Assembly (NCBI GenBank): GCA_963778995.1
Contig: CAVZWK010000020.1
Span: 431,570 to 495,569 of the forward strand
Origin: Terriglobia bacterium
GTDB taxonomy: Bacteria; Acidobacteriota; Terriglobia; Terriglobales; Acidobacteriaceae
Direction of reading: 5' to 3'
Length of the DNA: 64,000 nt
Position 1 is the stretch's first letter; each line of letters starts with the position of its first letter. Positions 30,244 through 38,908 of the stretch are shown here, in pieces. Made by a program: the position numbers and the translations under genes. The notes beneath the pieces were generated by a model. That model worked only from the letters and a program-made list of their open reading frames with translations, did not search any database and had not been told where the DNA came from.

Positions 30244-30903
30244 CTACGCTCCGCGTTTCGCTTTCAATTCCGCCAGCAACTGCTCGATGCGATCTTGCTT
30301 CTCGAGCGCTGCCAGGCGATCGTCAATGTTCTCATCGGCAATGTCAGATTTCGCCTGGCTTAGCGCTTCCGAATGCGCGACTTTGCGTTTCATGCGGTCG
30401 AAAGCTGCCATCTTGGAACCGTCGCCCGATGCCATACGGGCATCACTCGCCTTGCCGACTGCGCGCGCCCGGCGATGCTGCGCAATCAGTACATCGGCTT
30501 TCGCCTGCGCCTCAGTGAGCTTCTGCTCCAGTTGCCGCAGCGCCAGTTTGAGATTCTCGACCTGCGCCTTCTGATCGTTCACTTGCTGCGCGAAGTTCTC
30601 GCTCAGTTCACGATAGCTTTCGACCCGTTGCAGCGATGCGCGGGCGAGGTCGTCTTCCTTCTTGTCGACGGCGAGCTCGGCCTTGCGCATCCATTCCGCC
30701 ACTTTTTCTTCGTTTTCTTTTTGCTTCTTCTCCAGCAGGTGCTGGTCGGCGATGGCAATCGCTACCTGCGTTTTGACCTGCAAAAGCTGGTTCTGCATGT
30801 CGAGGATGACCTGCTTGATCATTTTTTCCGGTTCTTCCGCCTTGTCAATCAGGTCGTTCAGATTGGCCCGGACTAACGTCGAAACGCGCTCTAGTAATGC
30901 CAT
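30244..30903 (-). CDS. pspA: PspA/IM30 (Vipp1/LiaH) family protein
   Basis: 219-aa coiled-coil protein; N-terminus MALLERVSTLVRANLNDLIDKAEEPEKMIKQ; AAAGGAG RBS. Confidence 0.9.
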   Translation of the reverse strand: MALLERVSTLVRANLNDLIDKAEEPEKMIKQVILDMQNQLLQVKTQVAIAIADQHLLEKKQKENEEKVAEWMRKAELAVDKKEDDLARASLQRVESYRELSENFAQQVNDQKAQVENLKLALRQLEQKLTEAQAKADVLIAQHRRARAVGKASDARMASGDGSKMAAFDRMKRKVAHSEALSQAKSDIADENIDDRLAALEKQDRIEQLLAELKAKRGA

Positions 30904-30918
30904 GGGGAACTCCTTTCG

Positions 30919-30946
30919 TTAGCTGTTAGCTATGAGCTGTGAGCTT
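30919..30946 (-). repeat. 4x tandem heptamer (AGCTCAC AGCTCAT AGCTAAC AGCTAAC on the minus strand) in the pspA 5' leader
   Basis: Read directly; lies between an 8-bp-stem palindrome (30950-30973, gcagacaa-N-ttgtctgc) and the pspA RBS. Confidence 0.7.
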
Positions 30947-31025
30947 CGAGCAGACAAACCCTTGTCTGCCGGAACTGATTTCTTCATTTTGGGCTTGGCT
31001 GCGAATGCCCGCTCCACAATGCTGT

Positions 31026-31244
31026 TCATGAGAGCCTCCGCTGAATGGCTTCGTGCGTCGGGTGGAGCGCGGCGCAGTGCGGGCATTCCGGCTTCTTCTG
31101 CCGCACGGAAGCGCCAAGCACCACCCCGATGGCGACTCCGATCGCCAGCCACACGCCCATGTTTCCTGCGATCACGCCGAACACCGTGCCCAAAGCGGCC
31201 CCGAGAGCGATGCCCAGTCCCGAAAATTTTGACTTGCTCTTCAT
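31026..31244 (-). CDS. Small glycine-zipper membrane protein
   Basis: MKSKSKFSGLGIALGAALGTVFGVIAGNMGVWLAIGVAIGVVLG; start at ATG 31244 with a GGAG RBS. Confidence 0.45.
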   Translation of the reverse strand: MKSKSKFSGLGIALGAALGTVFGVIAGNMGVWLAIGVAIGVVLGASVRQKKPECPHCAALHPTHEAIQRRLS

Positions 31245-31356
31245 ACTTGCTCCAATTCGGCTTCCACTTGCCGGCTCCCGATTTCGCAATCCAACGAAAT
31301 CGAAACCAGAACCCGAATGAAGCGGGAATGTCCCCGGACATTCCCCGCACCCCTCG

Positions 31357-32810
31357 CTACGCTTTCGGCAACTCAGGCGGTTTGGGAGCCTTGTCGCCGA
31401 TTGCTCTTACTTTGCCCAGCAGTTCAGACATTGGCATGCCCGAGAGCGTCTCGAACAGCGCCGGCACCTGAGCCGCCATCTTCGCGATGTCGCCGGTGAT
31501 CTTGTTCATCCCGGATGCATCGCCATTGCCCGTCGAAACGATCGTGATCTTGTCGACGTTCGCCAACGGACTGGCCAGCGCTTTCACGACTTCCGGCATA
31601 GCTGGCGAACAATTTGTCGATCACGGCCGCCTGGTTGTACTCCTGAAATGCCTCGGCCTTTACGTTCATGGCCTTCGCTTCGGCCTCACCTTTCTTAAAG
31701 ATGATCTCGGCTTCCGCTTCGCCCTGCTGACGAATCGAGGAAGCGTGACCTTCGGCTTCGGCCATCAGGCGCTGCTTCTCGGCTTCAGCGAGCGTCTCAA
31801 TACGTTGGCGCTCGATTTCAGCCTGCTTCAATACGGTCGCGATCAATTCCTTCTCGCGGCGGTTGATTTCAGCCTCTTGCACCTTGACCTGCTGCTCTTT
31901 TTCAATTTGCTGTACCTTCACCTGCTCCGCGATAACTTGCTGCTGCATGATGTTGGTCTGGATGTCATAGGCCTTGTCGGCTTGCGCCTGCTGGCGCTTC
32001 GTCACTTCGAGGAACTGCGCCTTCTTGACCTCGAGGTCGCGTTGTGCTTCGGCCTGTTTCGCCAGCGATAATGTCTCCGCGAGAACACGTTCCTGATCGG
32101 CTTGAGCTTTCGCCACGGCAGATTCCCGCGTAGCGAGCGCGCGTTTGATCGCCGTATCGCGGTCGGCTTCTGCGGCGGCAACATCTGCGTCGCGCTTGAT
32201 TCGTGCGACGTCAGGACGTCCCATGTTGGTGATGTATTCGTTCTTGTCGCGAACTTCCTTGATGGTGAACGAGATGACTTCCAGCCCCATCTTGTTCATG
32301 TCATCGGCGCAAGTCGAACGCATGCGGTCGGACACCATCTCCGGCTGCTTCACGATCTCTTCCACCGTGAGCTGGCCGATGATGCCGCGCAGGTGTCCTT
32401 CCATCACCAGGCGGATCAAGCCCTGGCGCTCGTCATCCGTCTTGGTAAGGAATTGCTCCGACGCGGTCAAAATCGATTCGGTATCGGACTTCACCTTGAT
32501 CTGCGCCACGGCTTCAACCGTGACGGCCACGCCCTGCTTGGTGTAGAGATCCTGCTGCGGAGCCACATCGAACGACATCAACTCGAGCGAGAGTTCCGCG
32601 GCAAACCTGAACCATGGGCAGCACCATAGTGCCGTGCCCCTTCACGACGCGCGTCCCTCCCACGCCGATACACGATGAGAGCTTCGTGTGGCCCCGCTTT
32701 GCGATAGATGCCTGGCCATGCCACTGATCAGAAACAAAATGACCATGACACCCAGCCCAGCGAAGATCCAGATCACCGCCAAGTGGGAAAGTCCATCGAA
32801 CATAACGCCT
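31357..32810 (-). CDS. Flotillin (SPFH/band-7) protein; reading frame broken at least four times
   Basis: Pieces in different frames align collinearly with flotillins (MFDGLSHLAVIWIF.. | YRKAGPHEALIVY | GTRVVKGHGTMVLPMVQ | MMSFDVAPQQDLYTKQGVAV...coiled-coil EA repeats | PEVVKALASPLANVDKITIVSTG); GAGGAGG RBS before ATG 32810. Confidence 0.75.
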
Positions 32811-32827
32811 CCTCAAGAACCAGTTCT

Positions 32828-32908
32828 CAGTTCTCAGTTCTCAGCGACTAACCGAGGCCTCCGCCTCGGAGGCTGAGAATCGGAGAACTGACAGCTGAGC
32901 ACGTCCTG
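32828..32908. repeat. 3x CAGTTCT tandem heptamer plus nested inverted repeats (inner hairpin CCGAGGC-ctcc-GCCTCGG) immediately upstream of the flotillin start
   Basis: Read directly: cagttctcagttctcagttctcag...ccgaggcctccgcctcggaggctgagaatcggagaactgacagctgag. Confidence 0.7.
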
Positions 32909-33258
32909 CAGCCCCAGCCCTGCGCTTCAGGTTGAACTTCACAATCGAATAATTGCCATACCAGCAAAATCCCAAAACTACATATGCGATCAGCAGAGCG
33001 CGGCCAGGCAGCAGGCGGCTTCAGCGCATGAACAATCAGGGTGGCTACTGTGAACAGCACCAGCATGACGAGCATGATTCCCAATCCCAATTGCAAGGCG
33101 CCTTCGCGCGACGTGTAGCCATTCGGCTGCCAGTTGGCGTCGAAGTGAACCGCCATCCGCGCCGGCAACTGGTCCCAAACGTGCCAGTAATCCCAAGCAG
33201 AAGTGGGAAGAGCCAGCCACATCAGCACAACCAGCGTTTTGTACCAGGTACGGGCCAT
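32848..33258 (-). CDS. DUF1648 (SdpI/YhfL N-terminal-like) membrane protein; C-terminus uncertain
   Basis: WDQLPARMAVHFDANWQPNGYTSREGA matches the DUF1648 core; the annotated C-terminal 20 aa are a translation of the repeat/hairpin region, so the true stop may differ. Confidence 0.45.
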   Translation of the reverse strand: MARTWYKTLVVLMWLALPTSAWDYWHVWDQLPARMAVHFDANWQPNGYTSREGALQLGLGIMLVMLVLFTVATLIVHALKPPAAWPRSADRICSFGILLVWQLFDCEVQPEAQGWGCRTCSAVSSPILSLRGGGLG

Positions 33259-33269
33259 AAGGATCTCCG

Positions 33270-33953
33270 CTACTCCGTTTTCGTTTCTGCCGCGGTGTCG
33301 TCAAACTCTCCCGACAATTCACTCCAAAGACGCACGTACGCTATTCCCTTGTCGTAGCGGGTCACGACAACTTCCGATCCCTTGGGAAGCATGCAGCGGT
33401 TCTCACTGCGCGCGCCGCAGACCCGTCGTGTGCCCATCTGCGAATAGATCAACTCCCCTGTGCCACCCTCGCGAATCGGCACAGAAAGTTTCCCGAGCAC
33501 GCCGACCATCTCAAAATCTGCAGCATCCAGAAATTCCTGATCGGACATGAGGACCTTCGTGAGAAACAAGAAGATGATGGAGCCGCCGATCACTCCGGCT
33601 ACGATGGCCAACAATAACGCAGTGCCCACCCAAAAAGCCGAGAACCGGGTCAGCAGATAACCCGTTCCGCCAAACCATGCCAGAAATGCAGCGATCGAAG
33701 GCGGATTGAATGGCGAAACACTGCGCGCGCATGCGACACATGGTTGCCGCAGCGCGTGCGCTGTCGCACCGGGCCCTCCGAGTGGAACCTGGCCCCCCAC
33801 GGGACCGTGCGCCACTGGCAAATGCCCGCCGACATGTCCATGAAAATGCGGCAGGTGCAGTTTCCCGAAACGCGATCCGCCAAAAATGAACGAAAAAAAA
33901 CTGAAGCAAAAACCGACCGCGAAACAGATCAAGTAAAAATCGGACCAGGTCAT
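33270..33953 (-). CDS. NfeD-like membrane protein (YuaF-type flotillin partner)
   Basis: N-terminal TM segments, His/Gly-rich region, C-terminal OB-like domain (GELIYSQMGTRRVCGAR...VVVTRYDKGIAYV); located upstream of the flotillin gene. Confidence 0.65.
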   Translation of the reverse strand: MTWSDFYLICFAVGFCFSFFSFIFGGSRFGKLHLPHFHGHVGGHLPVAHGPVGGQVPLGGPGATAHALRQPCVACARSVSPFNPPSIAAFLAWFGGTGYLLTRFSAFWVGTALLLAIVAGVIGGSIIFLFLTKVLMSDQEFLDAADFEMVGVLGKLSVPIREGGTGELIYSQMGTRRVCGARSENRCMLPKGSEVVVTRYDKGIAYVRLWSELSGEFDDTAAETKTE

Positions 33954-34507
33954 CGGATTCGCCTCCCTTCCGAAGTCGTCGTGCGCTCATATTTCGCGAC
34001 GGACGCAAGTTCAGGCCGCAACGCTTCCAGCAGACGGTCGGCCAGACCCGGCGTATCGAGAATCGCGCCCAATAACAGCAGGCAGCGGCGCGTATCTTTT
34101 TCGCGCGCGGCCTTAATCAGCACATTGCTGATCTCTGGGTCACTCGCGAACCGCTCCGACCCTTGCAGCAACCAGACATCGAGCTGCCCTTCCACCGTGC
34201 GCAGGTCCGAAGTGAGTTCCGTGTGATAACCCTCCGGGTCATCCACCAGAAATCCCGGATGCACCTTGAAAAACTTCGCCAGCAGCGCGCGCGACGATTG
34301 CGTCATGTGCGGCCGCGTGCCGTTCTCGATCTGCGACAGATACGACTGGCTGATCGTCGTTCCTTTGCCGCGGCCCTTGCCATTGCGCGCCGCTCCCGTC
34401 TCTTCGCGAATGGCGCGCACCAGTTCCAGCTGCGTCATCGGACGCCCCAAGCCGCGGAGCGATCCTTCGACCTCGCGCAGGTACCGGATTTTTTCGCCCA
34501 GCTTCAT
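33950..34507 (-). CDS. XRE family HTH transcriptional regulator
   Basis: Cro/C1-type HTH (MTQLELVRAIREETG...ISQSYLSQIENGTRPH). Confidence 0.75.
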   Translation of the reverse strand: MKLGEKIRYLREVEGSLRGLGRPMTQLELVRAIREETGAARNGKGRGKGTTISQSYLSQIENGTRPHMTQSSRALLAKFFKVHPGFLVDDPEGYHTELTSDLRTVEGQLDVWLLQGSERFASDPEISNVLIKAAREKDTRRCLLLLGAILDTPGLADRLLEALRPELASVAKYERTTTSEGRRIR

Positions 34508-34620
34508 AAGTGCGGGTTATTTCAAATCGCGATATTTATATTGCAATTTGCGATTTATGTCAAGAATTGTAAATCCCGCAATTACATTAGCTTGCAGGGG
34601 ATACCTTTCAGCCGGAGAAG
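34508..34620 (-). promoter_or_regulatory. AT-rich promoter/operator region upstream of the XRE regulator gene
   Basis: AAATCGC-N19-GCGATTT inverted repeat and repeated TTGCAATTT/CGCAATTAC motifs in an otherwise GC-rich sequence. Confidence 0.4.
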
Positions 34621-34741
34621 TTACGCTGAGCACCCAATCCGCGACTGAGCGCCGATGGCCAACTGCGCACCGTGAAAGAAGAAAGCCCCCGGTGGCCCGG
34701 GGGCATTGAGGACACTAGCGTTTGCTGTGGTGGAACTTGTT

Positions 34742-35349
34742 ATTGCCGGCGCCCGTTGTGCTTGGCGCGATAGATCTGGTGCGACTGCTTGTTGAATTGC
34801 TGGTTGACTTGCTTGCGCTCCTGCGGACTCAGTTTGCCGCCGTTGGCAGCGCGGTCCTGCTTCACTTCCTGGTTAATCTTCGCTTCATTGTTCTCGAGGT
34901 GCGCGGCTTCGCCGGCCGTGAGCTGTCCGCTGTTGACGCCCTGCGCGATGCGATCCTGCTGGTTCTCTTCCCGCTTGCCGACTTCACTCTTCGGGTTGGT
35001 GTTCTGCTCCGCTTCGTTGTGCTTATCGTGATAGATCTGCTTGGAGAGCTGGTTCTGCTGGCTGCGTGATCTTTGCCTTATCGGCGGATGTCAGTTTGCC
35101 TTCATCGGCGGCCGCCATCTGGTGCTCTTCCTTGTTGATGTCAGCTTCTTTCTTCTCCAGGCTGGTCGTCTCGCCAGCGGTCAATTCGCCGCTCTTTACG
35201 CCCTGCCCAATGCGGTCCTGCTGATTCTCTTTGCGCTGTTGAATGGTCTGCGCAGTAGGAGTCGTCGTGGTCGTGTTCTGGGCCACAGCAGGCAATGCCA
35301 GGATCGCGAGTGCTGTGCCGAAAAGGCTGATCTGAATCGTGCTCTTCAT
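34742..35349 (-). CDS. Secreted internal-repeat protein (about 65-aa repeats ENQQDRI.QGV.SG.LTAGE...QIY..KHN); frame broken once near 35065
   Basis: Signal peptide MKSTIQISLFGTALAILALPAVAQ with a GGAGAAG RBS; the second repeat unit continues in the -1 frame to a TAA near 34742. Confidence 0.5.
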
Positions 35350-35505
35350 GGGGATTCTTCTCCGATTGTCCGTATTTCTCGATTGCTGCTTTGTGGCCAC
35401 GGGGAATGAAACACAGTGTGTAAAGAAATGTTGCGGAAGTTTTATGTGAAGACGATGAAAGGACTTACAACGGGAGTCGGAGGGCAGCCAAACTACAGAC
35501 CGGCT

Positions 35506-36363
35506 TCAATCCGTCGAGCGCGGATCCAGATAGTCTCGCAAAGCGTCTCCGATGAAGTTAAAGCTGAGGACCGCCAGCATCACGGCTACTGCAGGAAACA
35601 GGACGAGGTGCGGGGCGTCGAACAGATGGGCGCGGGCGTCGTTCAGCATGGTGCCCCAACTTGCGGTCGGCGGAGGCACTCCGAGCCCAAGAAAGCTCAT
35701 CGTCGCTTCCGCAAGAATCGCTCCGGCCATGCCGATCGCGGCCTGCACGACGACGGGTTGAATGATGTTCGGCAGAATGTGGCGCACGACAATGCGCAGA
35801 TCGCTCGCACCCAGCGCTCGCGCGGCTTCGACGAATTCTCTCTCCCGAGCCGCGAGCACCTGACCTCGAACTAACCGCGCGTATCCGACCCAGCCTCCGA
35901 TCGAAAGGGCGATCACCAGATTGAAAATGCCAGGCCCGCGGAACGCCACAAAAGCTATCGCGATCAGAATGCCGGGAAACGAAAGAAAGGCATTCATCAG
36001 AATTACGTTCACGAAGCGGTCGATGGCCCCTCCGTAGTAGCCCGCAATCGAGCCGATGATGAGGCCGATTCCCAGCGAGGCAACTACGACGCAACTCCCC
36101 ACCAGCATCGAAATGCGCGCGCCGTAGATGATGCGCGAGAGAATATCGCGCCCAAGTTCGTCGGTGCCAAGCCAGTGGCTATGCGAAGGTGGATCGAGCC
36201 TCACTGGGAGGTGGATCGCAGCGGGATCCTGCGGCGCAATCCACGGTGCGAAAAGGGCAAACACGACGAAGACCAGAACCAACACCACTCCCATCGCGGC
36301 AAGAGGATTGTAGCGCGCGTTTCCCGCGACCCGGCGGCGAAATGAAATGGCAGTGCTCGACAC
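35506..36363 (-). CDS. ABC transporter permease, DppC/OppC family
   Basis: BPD-transporter EAA-type loop region; 6 TM segments; 285 aa. Confidence 0.85.
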   Translation of the reverse strand: MSSTAISFRRRVAGNARYNPLAAMGVVLVLVFVVFALFAPWIAPQDPAAIHLPVRLDPPSHSHWLGTDELGRDILSRIIYGARISMLVGSCVVVASLGIGLIIGSIAGYYGGAIDRFVNVILMNAFLSFPGILIAIAFVAFRGPGIFNLVIALSIGGWVGYARLVRGQVLAAREREFVEAARALGASDLRIVVRHILPNIIQPVVVQAAIGMAGAILAEATMSFLGLGVPPPTASWGTMLNDARAHLFDAPHLVLFPAVAVMLAVLSFNFIGDALRDYLDPRSTD

Positions 36364-36388
36364 TCCTGAGCATCTTAACGCGTCACCG

Positions 36389-37036
36389 TCACTCCAGCAT
36401 TGAGAACTTCAATTTCAGGCAGCCCGACGCGGCATCGCGATAGGCTCTCGGCGAGGCTCCGGCACCAAATCCCGCAACCGCGATTCCGGCAATCATCCCG
36501 CGTCTGTCGGGAAACCATTTCACCAGTGTGGCCACCGGAACGATATATCCCAGACCTAAACCGATACCCGCCAGAATCCCGTAGGAGAAGTACAGCCACC
36601 ACAGCCTTCCTCCGGAAAAGCTGGCGAGAAAAATGCTCGCCCCATAAAAGACGCCAGCCGCAATCTCGACCTTCCGAGGCCCGGAACGCCGCATCCACAG
36701 CCCACCCGCGAAGGATGCAAAGCCCAGTGTGAAGATTGCGATGGTGAAGGCAAGCGTTACTTCTGAAATGGTCCAGCCGAATGCCTTGGTGAGAGGAATT
36801 CGAAAAACACTCCACGCATAGACTGCGCCGAGAGTAATCTGAATGATCACTCCGGCGACAGCAATACTCCCCGGTTGGTCTGCGAATTCACTTCGCGCAG
36901 CATTGGACTGAGATTCAGGCTTGCTTTTCAGTGTTGCCGGATTTCTGCGCAATAGGGCCGCTTGCAGATCGCTCATGAGGCTGCGATTATCGTTTCGCCG
37001 CTCAAACCTGGGGAGATCGCTCATGCTTCGGCGCAT
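36389..37036 (-). pseudogene. N-terminal half of an oxalate:formate-antiporter-type MFS transporter (truncated)
   Basis: About 200 aa with 6 TM segments (MFS N-lobe) ends abruptly next to dppC; no C-lobe found in any frame. Confidence 0.45.
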
Positions 37037-37946
37037 TTCGTTGCTCTCGGTCCTGCTGGTCCCAACGTTACTCGCTGCACAGAAGCCCGCGTGGCAGCCC
37101 TCGCCGGGTCATACCACCGTCGAACTCTGGCCCCACGGCGCTCCGGACGCTCAGGCGAATCCGGCCGCTGAGGTGGACACTACAACAGCGAAGGATCGCC
37201 TGGTCGCGGGCAAGCCGCTCATTCGCCTGGGGAACGTCTCCGATCCCACGCTCACGCTCTATTCGCCGAAACAGAACAACACTGGAGGCGCAGTGGTGGT
37301 CTTCCCGGGAGGCTCCTACCAAGTCCTGGCGATTGATCTGGAAGGCACCGAGGTCTGCGACTGGCTGAACTCCATTGGAGTTACATGCGTTCTCGTGAAG
37401 TATCGAGTGCCGGACTCGGGCCCCTATCCGAAATCCTCGGCCGCCTTGCAGGATGCGCAGCGCGCCGTTGGCATTGTTCGCACACGCGCCGCTGAATGGC
37501 ATATCGATCCCAAGCGCATTGGAGTGCTCGGATTCTCTGCCGGTGCCCATCTCTCTGCGGCACTGAGCACGCACTTCGAGAAGCGTCTGTACAACCGTGT
37601 CGATGCCGCGGACGACCTAAGCTGCCGGCCTGACTTTGCCGTGATCGTATATCCCGGGTATCTGGCATTGTCGGAGCAGAATTTCGCGGCCAATCCTGAG
37701 ATTCATCCCACTAGCCAGACGCCTCCTACGTTTATCGTGCAGGCCGAAGACGATCCGGTCCATGTGGAGAATTCAACGGTATATTTTCTGCTCCTGAAGA
37801 ATGCGAAAGTTCCAGCGGAGATGCACCTTTACTCCGAGGGTGGGCATGGGTACGGATTGCGCCCGACTGACTTGCCAGTAACACACTGGCCCACGCTGGT
37901 TGAGGAGTGGCTCCGAACCATCCACATGCTGCCGCGGGCTCATTGA
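37023..37946 (+). CDS. Secreted alpha/beta hydrolase (esterase/lipase fold)
   Basis: Signal peptide MLRRISLLSVLLVPTLLAAQ; GFSAGAHL (GxSxG) nucleophile elbow; HGYG C-terminal motif. Confidence 0.8.
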   Translation: MLRRISLLSVLLVPTLLAAQKPAWQPSPGHTTVELWPHGAPDAQANPAAEVDTTTAKDRLVAGKPLIRLGNVSDPTLTLYSPKQNNTGGAVVVFPGGSYQVLAIDLEGTEVCDWLNSIGVTCVLVKYRVPDSGPYPKSSAALQDAQRAVGIVRTRAAEWHIDPKRIGVLGFSAGAHLSAALSTHFEKRLYNRVDAADDLSCRPDFAVIVYPGYLALSEQNFAANPEIHPTSQTPPTFIVQAEDDPVHVENSTVYFLLLKNAKVPAEMHLYSEGGHGYGLRPTDLPVTHWPTLVEEWLRTIHMLPRAH

Positions 37947-37958
37947 GGCCGGAGGAGG

Positions 37959-38853
37959 TTACTGCCTGATTCTGGGATTAGCCACTGAATACATCACATC
38001 CGTAAGGAAGTTTACGGCGACGTAGGTCAAGCCAATCGCCAGAATACAGCCTTGCACCAGGTAGTAGTCGCGCCCAGAGATGGCTTGGATCGTAAGCCGA
38101 CCGATTCCGGGCCAGCTAAAGATGGTTTCGGTCACGATCGCTCCGGCGAGCAGTGCGCCAAACTGCAGGCCCAACACCGTAAGCACGGGGATCATTGCAT
38201 TGCGCAGCGCATGCCGGTAGACGACAGTTCTCTCGGGCAATCCCTTGGCGCGAGCCGTTCGGATGTAGTCCTGGCTCAACTCCTCGAGCATCGATGTCCT
38301 CACCATACGTGTAAGGATTGCTGCCAGCGCGCTTCCCATCGTGATGGCCGGCAATACGAGGTTCGCAAACGATCCTGCGCCCGAGACTGGAAGCCATCCA
38401 GCTTTGATCGCGAACAGCAAAATCAGAATCGGCCCGAGTGCGAAGTTTGGAAACGATAATCCAAAAAGGCTCACGACAGAGAGCAGGCGGTCATCCCACC
38501 GATTACGGCGGCGCGCCGACCTCACACCCGCAGGAATGGAAAGAATGATTGCCACGAACAGCGACGCCAGTGTCAGCCGCAGAGTGTATGGATAACGCTG
38601 TGTAATCAGCTTACTGACCGTCTGGTTGTAGCGGATCGATCGGCCGAGATCCCCATGCACGCACTCCCTTCCAGTAGCGGAAGTACTGTTGCCCGAGAGG
38701 AGCATCGAGTCCGTAGGCGTGACGTGTCGCCGCGATGTCGGCGGCCGGCGCGCCTTCCCCGAGCATCTGCTGTATGGGATCGCCGGGAACCAAATGGATG
38801 AGAAGGAAGACAATGCTGACCACCAGCCAGATGACTGGCAGGGTATAGAGCAC
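37959..38853 (-). CDS. ABC transporter permease, DppB/OppB family; frame broken once near 38640
   Basis: ORFs 38611..38853 and 37959..38813 together give a full DppB (…LIHLVPGDP… | …HGDLGRSIRYNQTVSKLITQRYPYT…). Confidence 0.8.
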
Positions 38854-38908
38854 GCGTTGGAGGACGGTCTTCAGATTTCAGTTCTCAAGGTTTAGTTGTT
38901 ATCGAAAA

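Noticed and set aside
30904-31025. sigma54 promoter upstream of pspA
   Set aside because: Searched for TGGCAC-N5-TTGC; the best candidate (TGGAGCGGGCATTCGC) violates the GG-N10-GC spacing, so not called
30919-31350. 143-aa Arg-rich minus-strand ORF
   Set aside because: Overlaps the better-supported glycine-zipper mini-protein (31026..31244) in another frame and covers the pspA leader repeats; composition atypical
31487-32629. + strand ORFs of 194 aa and 175 aa
   Set aside because: Antisense to the flotillin coding region, produced by its EA/LQ repeat composition
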